From Chiloscyllium plagiosum (Eukaryota): 49,523 nucleotides of DNA. Location: assembly GCF_004010195.1 (NCBI RefSeq), contig NC_057757.1:8932980-8982502 (forward strand). Direction: 5' to 3'. Under the pieces are notes generated by a model. That model worked only from the letters and a program-made list of their open reading frames with translations, was not told the DNA's origin and did no database searches. A program made the position numbers and the translations under genes. Of the stretch, positions 35,652 to 46,192 are shown piece after piece; the first letter of the stretch is position 1; each line of letters begins with the position of its first letter.

Positions 35652-37223
35652 ATGTCTCTTAGTTTTATGGTCAAGCTGAAGATTCTGTGGGTGATCACTG
35701 ATATACAGAGGATTTACTACCCGGTCTTAGCTGCTGTTGGTGTCCCGGGTAAGTTACACGTGAAGGATGATGTCTTAAGATGTGGAGTGTGTTATCTTAA
35801 TTATTGTGACACTTTTCTTTGATTTGTCTTGCGTTTCAGCAATGACCAGCCATCAATAACAATTCCGTTTTTCAATAAGAATTCATTAACAACATACCAT
35901 TTGTGAGGCGAAGAAACAGTCCCTGCTTTTCCTGCAATTAACCCCTTTCCTTCAGAACATTACTGCTGAATGCAGGTCTTAATCGCTCAGTTGGCATGAG
36001 AGAGCAGATCATCAAGCAAGTGCTATGCCCTCTGACTGCGGGAGCTGATTGTTCACGTTGTTTCTGTAACTCCTTCTCAGGGATGATCAAAGCAGATGCT
36101 GTTGTAACAGCTATTGTAACAGTTTCTCATTGTCCCATTCATCTCAGGAAACAGTCTATTCGAGGGTCATCACTGCTTCTGTACGGGTGTGAAAGGTATT
36201 CTTTTTGATGCATGAGCAGCTGTGAAAGTGGTGAATTTTACATTGGTACACATGGCTTTCTGATTTTTGTTTGACTGCACAGTTATCATTGCCTTTGACT
36301 GCAGTTTTTCCATTCTCTGACAGGCACCACATTTAGAATCCATCCTGATTAGAATGTTAATAACAAATTTGTGAAAAAGTTTCAGTTTGATGGAAGAACA
36401 TGGGATACCCATTAAGAATGAGTTTCAATATTGCATTTAAATAAAGCAATAAAAAGCATGTCTTCATTATACCTGAGCAATAAATGAATTTATTTATCTT
36501 CTTCTTTGAAGTTAATGTGATTGCAATAACGATCCTGATTCGGGGTAAATGTGGCCTTTCCAAATGTGTCACTCATTACCTGGTGGCTATGGCAACGGCA
36601 GATCTACTGGTCATTATCTTCGATCTGATACTACGTCAAATTCCCATCACATATCGGGAGGAGTTTCTTTTCCTACATGATGTCACCTTGTGCAACATCC
36701 ACGCTGTTCTGCTTTATGCAGCCACAGACTGCTCTGTCTGGTTCACGGTCACGTTCACCTTTGATCGGTTTGTAGCCATATGTTGCCAAAAGCTGAGAAG
36801 TAAACATTGCACCAAGAAAACAGCGGGTGTGGTTTTAGGAACAGTGACTGTGCTGAGTGGTTTGAAGAACATTTTATATTAGCCAACAGAGCTCGCAGGA
36901 GACTCCGGGCTCAGAAAACTGGGGACAGTGTCAGTGACCCAGAGATGGGGAGTCGGAGGAACTCCATGATTATGTTATTTATTATATCTAGTAATTTCAT
37001 CACGTTATGGGTGGTGTTCATTGCTTATTCCATCTTGAAACGATTTGATTACTTGGGATATCCAGTTGCTTTGCCAACATTTGTAAGTGAGATTGGCTTC
37101 ATGCTTCAGCTCCTGAGTTGCTGCACAAACACCTTTATTTATGCAGTTATCCAGAGGAAATTCAGATCAGAGATGAAAAATGGAATAATATATCCCTTCA
37201 CAATGTTTATCAAAATAATTTGA
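35652..37223 (+). pseudogene. Two-exon GPR139/GPR142-like class A GPCR gene, copy 3 (exon 1 35652-35748, exon 2 36512-37223), frameshifted by an internal deletion at about 36870
   Basis: Exon 1 MSLSFMVKLKILWVITDIQRIYYPVLAAVGVP followed by a G|GTAAGT donor, spliced in phase 1 to AG|TTAAT. This gives VNVIAITILIRGKCGLSKCVTHYLVAMATADLL...FTFDRFVAICC...LKNI. The other frame continues ANRARRRLR...DPEMGSRR...LQLLSCCTNTFIYAV...stop at 37223. ECL2 and TM5 are missing. Confidence 0.9.
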
Positions 37224-37311
37224 TGATGTTTACTTGCCAATGTCTGAAACACTAAATATATATTTTCTCTGGATTAAGATCCCAATCTGAGATCCGAGAT
37301 TTTATGTTTGC

Positions 37312-38090
37312 TTGAGCTGAAAAATGTGTTGCTGGAAAAGAGCAGCAGGTCAGGCAGCATCCAAGGAACAGGAGAATTGACGTTTCGGGCATACGCCATT
37401 CGTCAGGAACGAGGAAGATGTGCCATGCAGGCTATGATAAAAGGTAGGGAGGAGGGACTTGGGGGAGTGGCATTGGGAATGTAATAGATGGAAGGAGGTG
37501 AAGGTGAGGGTGATAGGCAAGAGAGGGGGTGGGGCCGGAGAGGTCGGGAAGAAGATTGCAGGTGAAGAAGGTGGTGCTGAGTCCGAGGGCTGGGACTGAG
37601 ATAAGTTGGGGGGAGGGGAAATGAGGAAGCTGGAGAAATCTGCATTCATCCCTTGTGGTTGGAGGGTTCTGAGGCGGAAGATGAGGCGCTCTCCTCCAGG
37701 CGTCATGTTGCCATGGTTTGGCGATGGAGGATGCCAAGGACCTGCATATCCTTGGCGGAGAGGGACGGGGAGTTAAAGTGTTCAGCCACCGGACAGTTGG
37801 GTTGGTTGGTGCGGGTGTCCCAGTGGTGTTCTCTGAAACATTCCGCAAGTAGGCGGCCTGTCTCCCCAATGTAGAGGAGGCTACACCGAGTGCAGTGGAT
37901 GCAGTAAATGATGTGCGTAGAGGTGCAGGTGAATTTGTGACTGATGTGGAAGGATCTGTTGGAGCCTTGGAGGGAAGTGAGGGTGGAGGTGTGGGCATAC
38001 GTTTTACATTTTTGTGGTTGCAGGGGAAGAAGCTGGCAGTGGAGGTTGGGTTGGTGGGGGGGTGTGGACCTGACAAGGGAGTCGCGGAAT
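37312..38090 (-). mobile_element. Penelope-like element 3' part (GIY-YIG endonuclease plus terminal repeat with hammerhead motif)
   Basis: Minus strand: FPCNHK, VIYCIHCTRCSLLYIGETGRLLAECFREH, ERLIFRLRTLQPQGMN. The terminal sequence is the same family as the palindromic inserts. Confidence 0.9.
37378..37408 (-). ncRNA. Minimal type I hammerhead ribozyme motif
   Basis: Minus strand CTGACGA-ATGGC-GTAT-GCCC-GAAA-CGTC: CUGANGA and GAAA core, short helix II, palindromic ACGT helix III and a GUC cleavage triplet. Confidence 0.65.
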
Positions 38091-39249
38091 GTTAAACCAC
38101 CCTGGAATTAGGGAATTGATCTCAATGATCAGCTTGATTATATCGAATGAGATAGCATGCTTGAGGGGCCAAATGGCATATCTTCTATGTTTCTGTGTAA
38201 TGTCTTCAGGGTCACTGACAAGACCCATGTTGGGTGGGAGAAAAAGCTGTGGGGGTGACCAAAGTGGCTGTGTCCCGATATGGGCAGCTTCACCGAGTAG
38301 GCAAGTCATTGGNNNNNNNNNNNNNNNNNNNNNNNNNNNNNNNNNNNNNNNNNNNNNNNNNNNNNNNNNNNNNNNNNNNNNNNNNNNNNNNNNNNNNNNN
38401 NNNNNNNNNNNNNNNNNNNNNNNNNNNNNNNNNNNNNNNNNNNNNNNNNNNNNNNNNNNNNNNNNNNNNNNNNNNNNNNNNNNNNNNNNNNNNNNNNNNN
38501 NNNNNNNNNNNNNNNNNNNNNNNNNNNNNNNNNNNNNNNNNNNNNNNNNNNNNNNNNNNNNNNNNNNNNNNNNNNNNNNNNNNNNNNNNNNNNNNNNNNN
38601 NNNNNNNNNNNNNNNNNNNNNNNNNNNNNNNNNNNNNNNNNNNNNNNNNNNNNNNNNNNNNNNNNNNNNNNNNNNNNNNNNNNNNNNNNNNNNNNNNNNN
38701 NNNNNNNNNNNNNNNNNNNNNNNNNNNNNNNNNNNNNNNNNNNNNNNNNNNNNNNNNNNNNNNNNNNNNNNNNNNNNNNNNNNNNNNNNNNNNNNNNNNN
38801 NNNNNNNNNNNNNNNNNNNNNNNNNNNNNNNNNNNNNNNNNNNNNNNNNNNNNNNNNNNNNNNNNNNNNNNNNNNNNNNNNNNNNNNNNNNNNNNNNNNN
38901 NNNNNNNNNNNNNNNNNNNNNNNNNNNNNNNNNNNNNNNNNNNNNNNNNNNNNNNNNNNNNNNNNNNNNNNNNNNNNNNNNNNNNNNNNNNNNNNNNNNN
39001 NNNNNNNNNNNNNNNNNNNNNNNNNNNNNNNNNNNNNNNNNNNNNNNNNNNNNNNNNNNNNNNNNNNNNNNNNNNNNNNNNNNNNNNNNNNNNNNNNNNN
39101 NNNNNNNNNNNNNNNNNNNNNNNNNNNNNNNNNNNNNNNNNNNNNNNNNNNNNNNNNNNNNNNNNNNNNNNNNNNNNNNNNNNNNNNNNNNNNNNNNNNN
39201 NNNNNNNNNNNNNNNNNNNNNNNNNNNNNNNNNNNNNNNNNNNNNNNNN

Positions 39250-42200
39250 ACACTTGGTCCCCAACTCTGAAACATCGATGTGAATTGTACGCATTCCGGT
39301 CCCAACACTGATCCCTGAGGCCGAGCACTAGCCCCTGATCACCAACCAGAAAAACACCCACTTATCCGCACTCTTTGCTTTCTGTGAGTGAACCAATCTT
39401 CGATCCATACTAATACAGGAACCAGAACACCGTGCACCTTGTCCCTTTGGAGCAGCTCTTGTGTGGCACCTTGTCAAATGCCTTGTGGAAATCCAGATAC
39501 ACCACATCCACCAGTTCCCCTATACACCATAAGACCAGAGGTCAGAGGAGAAGAAATTAGGCCATTCAGCCCATCAAGTCTGCTCTGCCTTAAGTTTCTC
39601 TCGCTTTCTTACTGTAACTCTTTATCCCCTTGTCAATCAAGAACATATCTATCTCAGTTTTAAATATCCTCAATGACCTAGCCTCTACAGCTGTAAATTC
39701 CAGACATTTCCCACTCTCTGGCTGAAGAGGTTTCTCTGTACCTCCGTTCGAAAATGTCTTTCCTTTACCTAAGGCTGTGCCCTTGGGTCCTCACCTTTCC
39801 TACCAATGGAAACATCTTCCCAATGCCCACTCTGTCCAGGCCGTTCAGTATTCTGAAAGCTTCAATCGGATTCCTCCCTTGTCCTTCTCAACTCCATCAG
39901 ATATAGTCGCAGAGTCCTCAAACGCTCCTCATTTGTTCATACTGTCATTCCTGGGATCATTCTCATGCACCTCCTCTGGACCCGTTCCAGAGCCAGTAAA
40001 TCCTTCCTGAGGTACGGGACCCAAAACTACACACAATACCGGAAATATGGTCTGACAAGAGCTTTACAGAGCCTCAGAAGTACACCCCCTTTTTTTATAT
40101 TCGAACCCTCTCGAGAGGAGTGACAACATTGTCTTTGCTTTCCCAACTACTGACTCAATCTGAACCTTCACCTGAACAGAAAACTGGACTAGGACTCCCA
40201 AGTCCCTCTGCACTTCTGATTTCTCAATTTCCTCACCATTTAGTAAAAATTCCATGTCTCTGTTCTTCTGACCAAAGTGCATGACCTCGCACTTTCCCAC
40301 ATTGTACTCCCATCTTCCCCTTCTTTACCCACTCTCCTAACCTGTCCACATCTTCCTGCAGCCTCCTCACCTTCTCAATGCTACCTGTCCCCTCTACCTA
40401 TCTTTACATTGTCTGCAAATCTAGCCAGAATGCTGTAAGTTCCTCCATCCAGATCATTAATGTTTAAAGTGAAAGGTTGTGGTCCCAACACTGATCCTTG
40501 TGGAACATCACTTGTCACCAGGTTCAATCCTGAGATGGCCCCTTTTATCCCCACTATATTCTTCCTGCCAGACAGCCAAGATTCTATCCATGCTAGTACC
40601 TGGATTCTAACACCATGCCCCTTATCTTTCTCAGCGGTCTGCTGTGCAGCACCTGGTCAAAGGCCTTCTGGAAGCCCAGATAGATAACTTCCATTGGTTC
40701 TCATTGGTCTAATCAGCTCATTATTTCCTCAAAGAATTCGAACAGATTTGTCAGACATGACCTTACCCTGATGAAGGAGAAAGTGAGGTCTGCAGATGCT
40801 GGAGATCAGAGGTGGAAATGTGTTGCTGGAAAAGCGCAGCAGGTCAGGCAGCATCTAGGGAACAGGAGAATCGACGTTACGGGCATTAGCCATTCTTCAG
40901 GAATGAAGAAGGGCTAATGCCCGAAACGTCGATTCTCCTGTTCCCTCGATGCTGCCTGACCTGCTGTGCTTTTCCAGCAACACATTTCCACCTCTTCCCC
41001 TGATTAAACCATGCTGACTTTGACCTATTTTGTCATGCACTTCCAAGTATTCAGAAAGCTCATCCTTCCTAATGGACTCTAAAATCTAACCATCAACTGA
41101 GGTCAGGCTAATTGGCCTAGAGTATCCTCTCTTTTGCCTTGCTTCATTCTTAAACTGGGGGTTACATGACAGTGATTTTCCAAACCCCTGCGTCAGTTCC
41201 TGACTCCGGTGATACCTGATAGACCACGGTGAAAGCCTTCACTTTCTCTTCAGCACTCTCCTTCAGGTTGGAGCCTGTCATATCCAGGGGATTTATCCAT
41301 TATCAAACTTCCAGATTTTCTAGCAACTTCTCATTAGTGATGGTCACCCCACTCATCTCTGCCAAACATCCCCTCCCCACCTGAACTTTTGGGATTTTAC
41401 TCATGTCTTCCTTTGCAAAAACTGATACAACGTACGTTTTCAGTTTTTCCGCTATTTCTTTGTTCCCCATGGATTTGGATGGGAACAGGCTTAGAGGGCT
41501 GAAGGGCCTGTTCCTGCACTGTAAAGTTTCTTTGTTCTGTGTACAACTTCTCCTGCATCATTTTCCAGCAGCACGATGGGCATTTTCTCCTCTCTGTTGC
41601 CCTTTGAATATTGAAAGAAACCCCTGCAATCTTTCCTAATATTACTGGCTAGCTCACCCTCATATTTAATCTTCTCTCTCCTTACATCGTGCTTTGCTTC
41701 CCATTGTAAGCTTCCCAATCCTCTGGTTTCCCACTGCCCATCCCCACATTATGTGCTTTCTCTTTTGCTTTTATACTACCCCTGCATTCCCCAGTCAGCC
41801 ATCGCTGCCTCATCCTCCCTGTCCCACGCTTCATTTCTCTCGGCATTATTCTCTTCTGTGTCTCCTGAATTACTCCCAGAATCCCCTGCCATTACTGTTC
41901 CACTGTCTTTGCTGCTCGGCTCCTCTCCCAGTCAATTCTCCCCACCTCCTCCCTCATGCCTCTGCAGTTACCTTTATTCAGCTGTAATACTGTTACTTCT
42001 GATTCTATCTACTCCCTCTCACATTGCAGTGTAAATTCAATCATATTATGGTCGCTGCCTCCTAAGGTTTCCTTCACCTTAAGCTCCCTTATCAAATTTG
42101 CCTCATTGTACAATACTAAATCTAGTATTGCCTGTTCCCTCGTGGGCTCCACCACAAGCTGCTCCAAAATGCCAGCTCGGAGACATTTCACAAATTACTT

Positions 42201-42539
42201 TTCTTGCAATCCCCAACCAATCTGATTTTCCCAGCCATCTGCATATTGAAATCCCTGTGATCACTGTAAACTTGCCTTTATTACACACCTTCTGTATCTC
42301 CTGGTGTAACTAGTGCCCCAGCTCTTGACTCCAGTTTGGAGGCATGTAGATAATTCCAGTTATGGTTTTCATACACTTGTGATTCCACAACTCTACCCAC
42401 ACAGATTCTATGCCATCTGACCTTACTTCCTTTATTACTATTGGTTTAATTTCAATCTTTTACTAACAAGGCATTCCTAGCCCCTCTGCCCAACTGCCTG
42501 TCTTTTCGGTAGGATATACATCCTTGGATATTTAGCTCC
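39250..42539 (-). mobile_element. Decayed CR1 LINE ORF2 (endonuclease to 3'UTR from 42539 to about 39530) plus an adjacent CR1 fragment
   Basis: EPTREQAILDLVL, LGGSDHNMIEF, VPQGSVLGP, KCEVMHFG and RDLGVLVQ motifs on the minus strand. Confidence 0.9.
40775..40996. mobile_element. Second palindromic Penelope-terminal-repeat-derived insertion, nested in CR1
   Basis: Long inverted arms centred near 40900. Flanked by ccctgat(g/t)aa direct repeats at about 40766 and 40998. Confidence 0.85.
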
Positions 42540-43061
42540 TGTAAATATATGGCTTACTTGTAAAATAGAAGGCAGGCTGCGAGAGTAAATATACTCGGCA
42601 TTCGGAAGCCTGTGGTGATGCTGTGTAACGTGCGTAGAAGGAGGTCACGTGATGCTCCGTTTCGCACCCCGGTGGCGTGCGAGGAGGTCACGTGATGCTG
42701 CATTTCGCGGGCGAGGAGGTCACGTGATGTTCCATTTCGCGTGCAAAAGAAGTTCACGTGGGGTCGGACATCCGGGAATGCGAGGAGGCGGAGAATGGAG
42801 TCAGACCAACAGCCAATCAGAAGATAATCCTACCTCAGTGATTGCATGACGTTTTTTATTGTATAAAAGACTGGGTCAGGGACAGGAATAGGTCTTACTT
42901 TTTTCAACTGACACACTTTGTAGTTTGTCAGGGACAGAATGTTCTAGACCAAGACCTCGTTGTACTTTGTCCACTTAGTGTTTAAAATAAATTAAGAGTG
43001 TGAGACTGAATATCGTCTCCTACTGCTTCATTTGAAGAACACGCAGGAGTGGGCTCACACA
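42540..43061 (+). mobile_element. LTR-like promoter cassette (probable solo LTR)
   Basis: TGTAA start and ...CACA end. GTCACGTGA at 42644, 42687 and 42719, CACGTG at 42755, CCAAT 42813, TATAAAA 42862, AATAAA 42986, which is U3-R-U5 order. CpG-rich. No TSD seen. Confidence 0.65.
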
Positions 43062-43089
43062 TTGAAGAAAGTGAGTTGGTAGATTGAGC

Positions 43090-46010
43090 CAAAGTCCGAC
43101 ATGACCAATATCTTGGCAGCCAAGTTTGCTCATTATCCAAGGGAGGGTTTAAACTACATTGGCAAGGGCGTGGGATCTCCAACAGCATGGAGGCAAGTGT
43201 GAGGCTCAAGGTGATACAGTAATCAGAAAGAGGAATTTGAAGAGACAGGTCAGACTGGAACGTGACAGGGAGCGAGGAATACCAAGTGGAGTAAATTACA
43301 TCTGTTTCCATGAAAGAGGGCTGACCGGGAAGGCTGATGAACTCAGGGAGTGGATAGGTACATAGGATTGGGAGATTGTACCCGTTACAGAAACATGGAT
43401 AAGACAGGGACAGGACTGTCAGCCTAACATACCAGGGTACTGGTGCTTTTGGTGGGACAGAGGGGGTGGATGGAGGGGAGGGACATACATTTTTCATCAC
43501 AGCAGTAATCAGAGATGAAATAACTGAAGGGTCATCCAGTGAGGCTTTGTGGGTGGAGCTAGGAAATAAAAAGAGGATAGTGATGTTATTGGGGTTGCAC
43601 TACAGGACCCCAAACAGTCAACAGGAATTAGAGGAACAAATATGCAGGGAGACTGCGGAGATTTGCAGGAGCAATAGGGTTGACATAGATTTTATTTTCC
43701 ATCATAGACTGGGAATGCCATAGCGTTAAGGGCTGAGATGGGGTGGAATTTGTTAGGTACATTCAGGAAGGTTTCCCCAAGCAGTATATCGAGGGCTCTA
43801 CTCAGGAAGGGACAAACCTCGATCTCCTTTTGGGAAATGGGGCAGGACAGGTCACAGAGGGGACACAGAACATAGAGCAGTGGGGAAACACTTTGTGACC
43901 AGTGGCCATGGTTCCATTCATTTCACGATAGTTATGCAGAGGGACCAAACTGATCCACAGGTTCAAGTTCTGAATTGGGTGAAGGTGAAGTCTGATGGAA
44001 TTAGACAGGAACTTACACGGGTTGACTGGAGAAGTTTGTTTGCAGGTTCAGGGAACTCCGGCAAGTGGGAGGCCTTTAAAAGGGAGATTGCTGGAGTTCA
44101 AAGTGTGTATGTTCCTGTGAAGGTGAAAGGATTGGGTGACAGGAATAGGGAATCCTGGATGACAAGAGATATTGAGGCTTTTACCTGTAAAAATGTCGGC
44201 ATGGCTCAGATACAGGCAGCTGGGATCTTGAGAACCCCTGGAGGTACATGGAGGATATAGGAATTTACTGGAGAAGGGGGATAAATCTCCTGGTCCTGAC
44301 AAATATATCTATAAACACTGCGAGAGGTGAGAGAAGAAATTGCAGGGGCCCTGGCTGATATTTTAGCATCATCGCTAACCACGGGTGAGGTCCTTGAAAA
44401 CTGGAGGGGAGCGAATATTGTGCCATTCTTCAAGAAGGGCTACAAAAATAAACGTGTAAACTATCGACCAATAAATCTAACATCTGGGGTGGGTAAGTTA
44501 CTTGAGAAGATTCTGAGAGATAAGAAAAACATGCGTTTGGAAAATCAGGGTTTGATTTGGAGTAGTGAGCACGGTGTTGTGAATGGGAGACCGTGCCTCA
44601 CAGATTTGTTGGTGTTCTTTGATGAAGTGACCAGGAAAGTTGACAAGGGCAGGGCAGAAGATGTGGTCCATATGGATTTCAGGAAGGCCTTTGATAAGGT
44701 TCCACAAGGGAAGGTGATCTGGAAGATTAGATCGTATGGAATCGAGGAGGAGCTGGATACACAATTGGCTTGGTGGCAGGAAGCAGAGGGTAATAGTGGA
44801 AGGATGCTTGTCAGACTGGAATGCCTCAGGGGTCGGAGCTGGGCTCATTGCTCTTTGTTATCGATATCAATGTTTTGGATGAGAACGTAGAAGTGCATGA
44901 TTATTATGTTTACCGACGACACTAAAATAGGCAGATTCATGGACAGTGAGGAAGGGTATCAGAAATTGCAGCAGGACCTTGATCAGCTGGGAAGGTGGGC
45001 TGAGAAATGGCAAATGGAGTTTAATATTGATAACGATGAGATGTTGCGTTTTGGAAAGTCAAATCATGGGAGGAGTTTCATAGTGGATGGTAGGGCCTTA
45101 AGGAGTGTAGTGGGAGAGAGGGACCTTGGAGTTGAGGTGCACAGCTCTCCCTCAGTGGAGTCCTAGTTAGACAGGGCAGGGAAGAAGGCTTTTGGCACAC
45201 TGGCCTTCATCAGTCAGGGCACTGAGTATAGAGTTTCGGAAGTTAAGTTGCAGTTATACAGGACGTTGGTGAGACCACACTTGGAGTATTTTGTACAGAT
45301 TTGCTCACCTTGCTATAGGAAGGATGTTATTTAACTTGAAAGAGTGCAGATGAAATTTACAAGGATATTACCTGTACTCAACAGTCTGAGTTTTCAGGAG
45401 AGTTTGGACAGGCTAAAACTTTCTTCTTTAAAGCATTGCAGAATGGTGTGGTGGGGGTGAACTTGTACAGATGTATAAGATCATGATCAGCATGGATTGG
45501 GTCAATGCACATAGTCTCGTTTACATCGAGTTGGGCAATTGAGGACTAGAGGGCATCAGTAAAAGGTTAGTGGGGAAAGAATAAAAGGGAACCTGATGGA
45601 TAACTGTTTTTAAAAGAGCGTGGTACGCATATAGAATGAGCTGCCAGCAGAGCGGGGCTGCACAGTGGCTCAGTGGTTAGCACTGCTACCTGAGAACGCC
45701 AGGGACTGGGCTCGATTCCCTACTTGAGCGACTGTCTGTGTGGAGTTTTCACATTCTCCCGTGTCTGTATTGCCTTCCTCTCACAGTCCAAAGATGTGCA
45801 AGTCAGGTGAATTGGCCATGCTGAGTTGCCATCGTGATAGGTGCGTTAGTCAGAGGGAGATGGGTCTGGGTGGATTATTCTTCGGAGGGTTGGTATGGAC
45901 TTGTTGGGCCGAAGGGCCTATTTGTACACTGAAGGGAATCTAATTTTAAAAAAGAAGTGTTGAGAGGCAGGTGTGTTAACAACATCTGAAAGGCATTTGC
46001 ACATGGAGAG
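43090..46010 (+). mobile_element. Long decayed CR1 LINE (end of ORF1, ORF2 endonuclease and RT, 3' end)
   Basis: KADELREWI, LHYRTPNS, NWRGANIVPFFKKG, NYRPINLTS, DFRKAFDKVP, FTDDTKIG and LVRPHLEY motifs. Confidence 0.92.
45653..45945 (+). mobile_element. HE1-type V-SINE nested in the CR1 3' end
   Basis: cagtggctcagtggttagcactgc head, V-domain, ggacttgttgggccgaagggcct tail. Confidence 0.88.
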
Positions 46011-46021
46011 GAAAGTGTGTT

Positions 46022-46192
46022 TTGGAGATGCTGGTGTTGAACTGACGTGTACACAATTAAAAATCACACAACATGGGTTATAGTCCAACAGGTTTATTTG
46101 GAAGCACTAGCTTTCAGAGCGCTGCTCCTTCATCAGATGGTTGTGGAGTACAGACTTGTAGGACACAGAATTCATAGCAAAAGTTTCCAATG
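46022..46192 (-). mobile_element. Penelope-type terminal repeat with hammerhead motif (46105-46139)
   Basis: Minus strand CAT-CTGATGA-AGGAGCAGCGCTCT-GAAA-GCTA-GTG. Same family as 26145-26230 and 27865-28480. Runs into a gap. Confidence 0.8.

Noticed and set aside
36484..36882. Stand-alone 132-aa ORF starting MNLFIFFFE
   Set aside because: The N-terminal residues come from the intron polypyrimidine tract. The real start is exon 1 at 35652.
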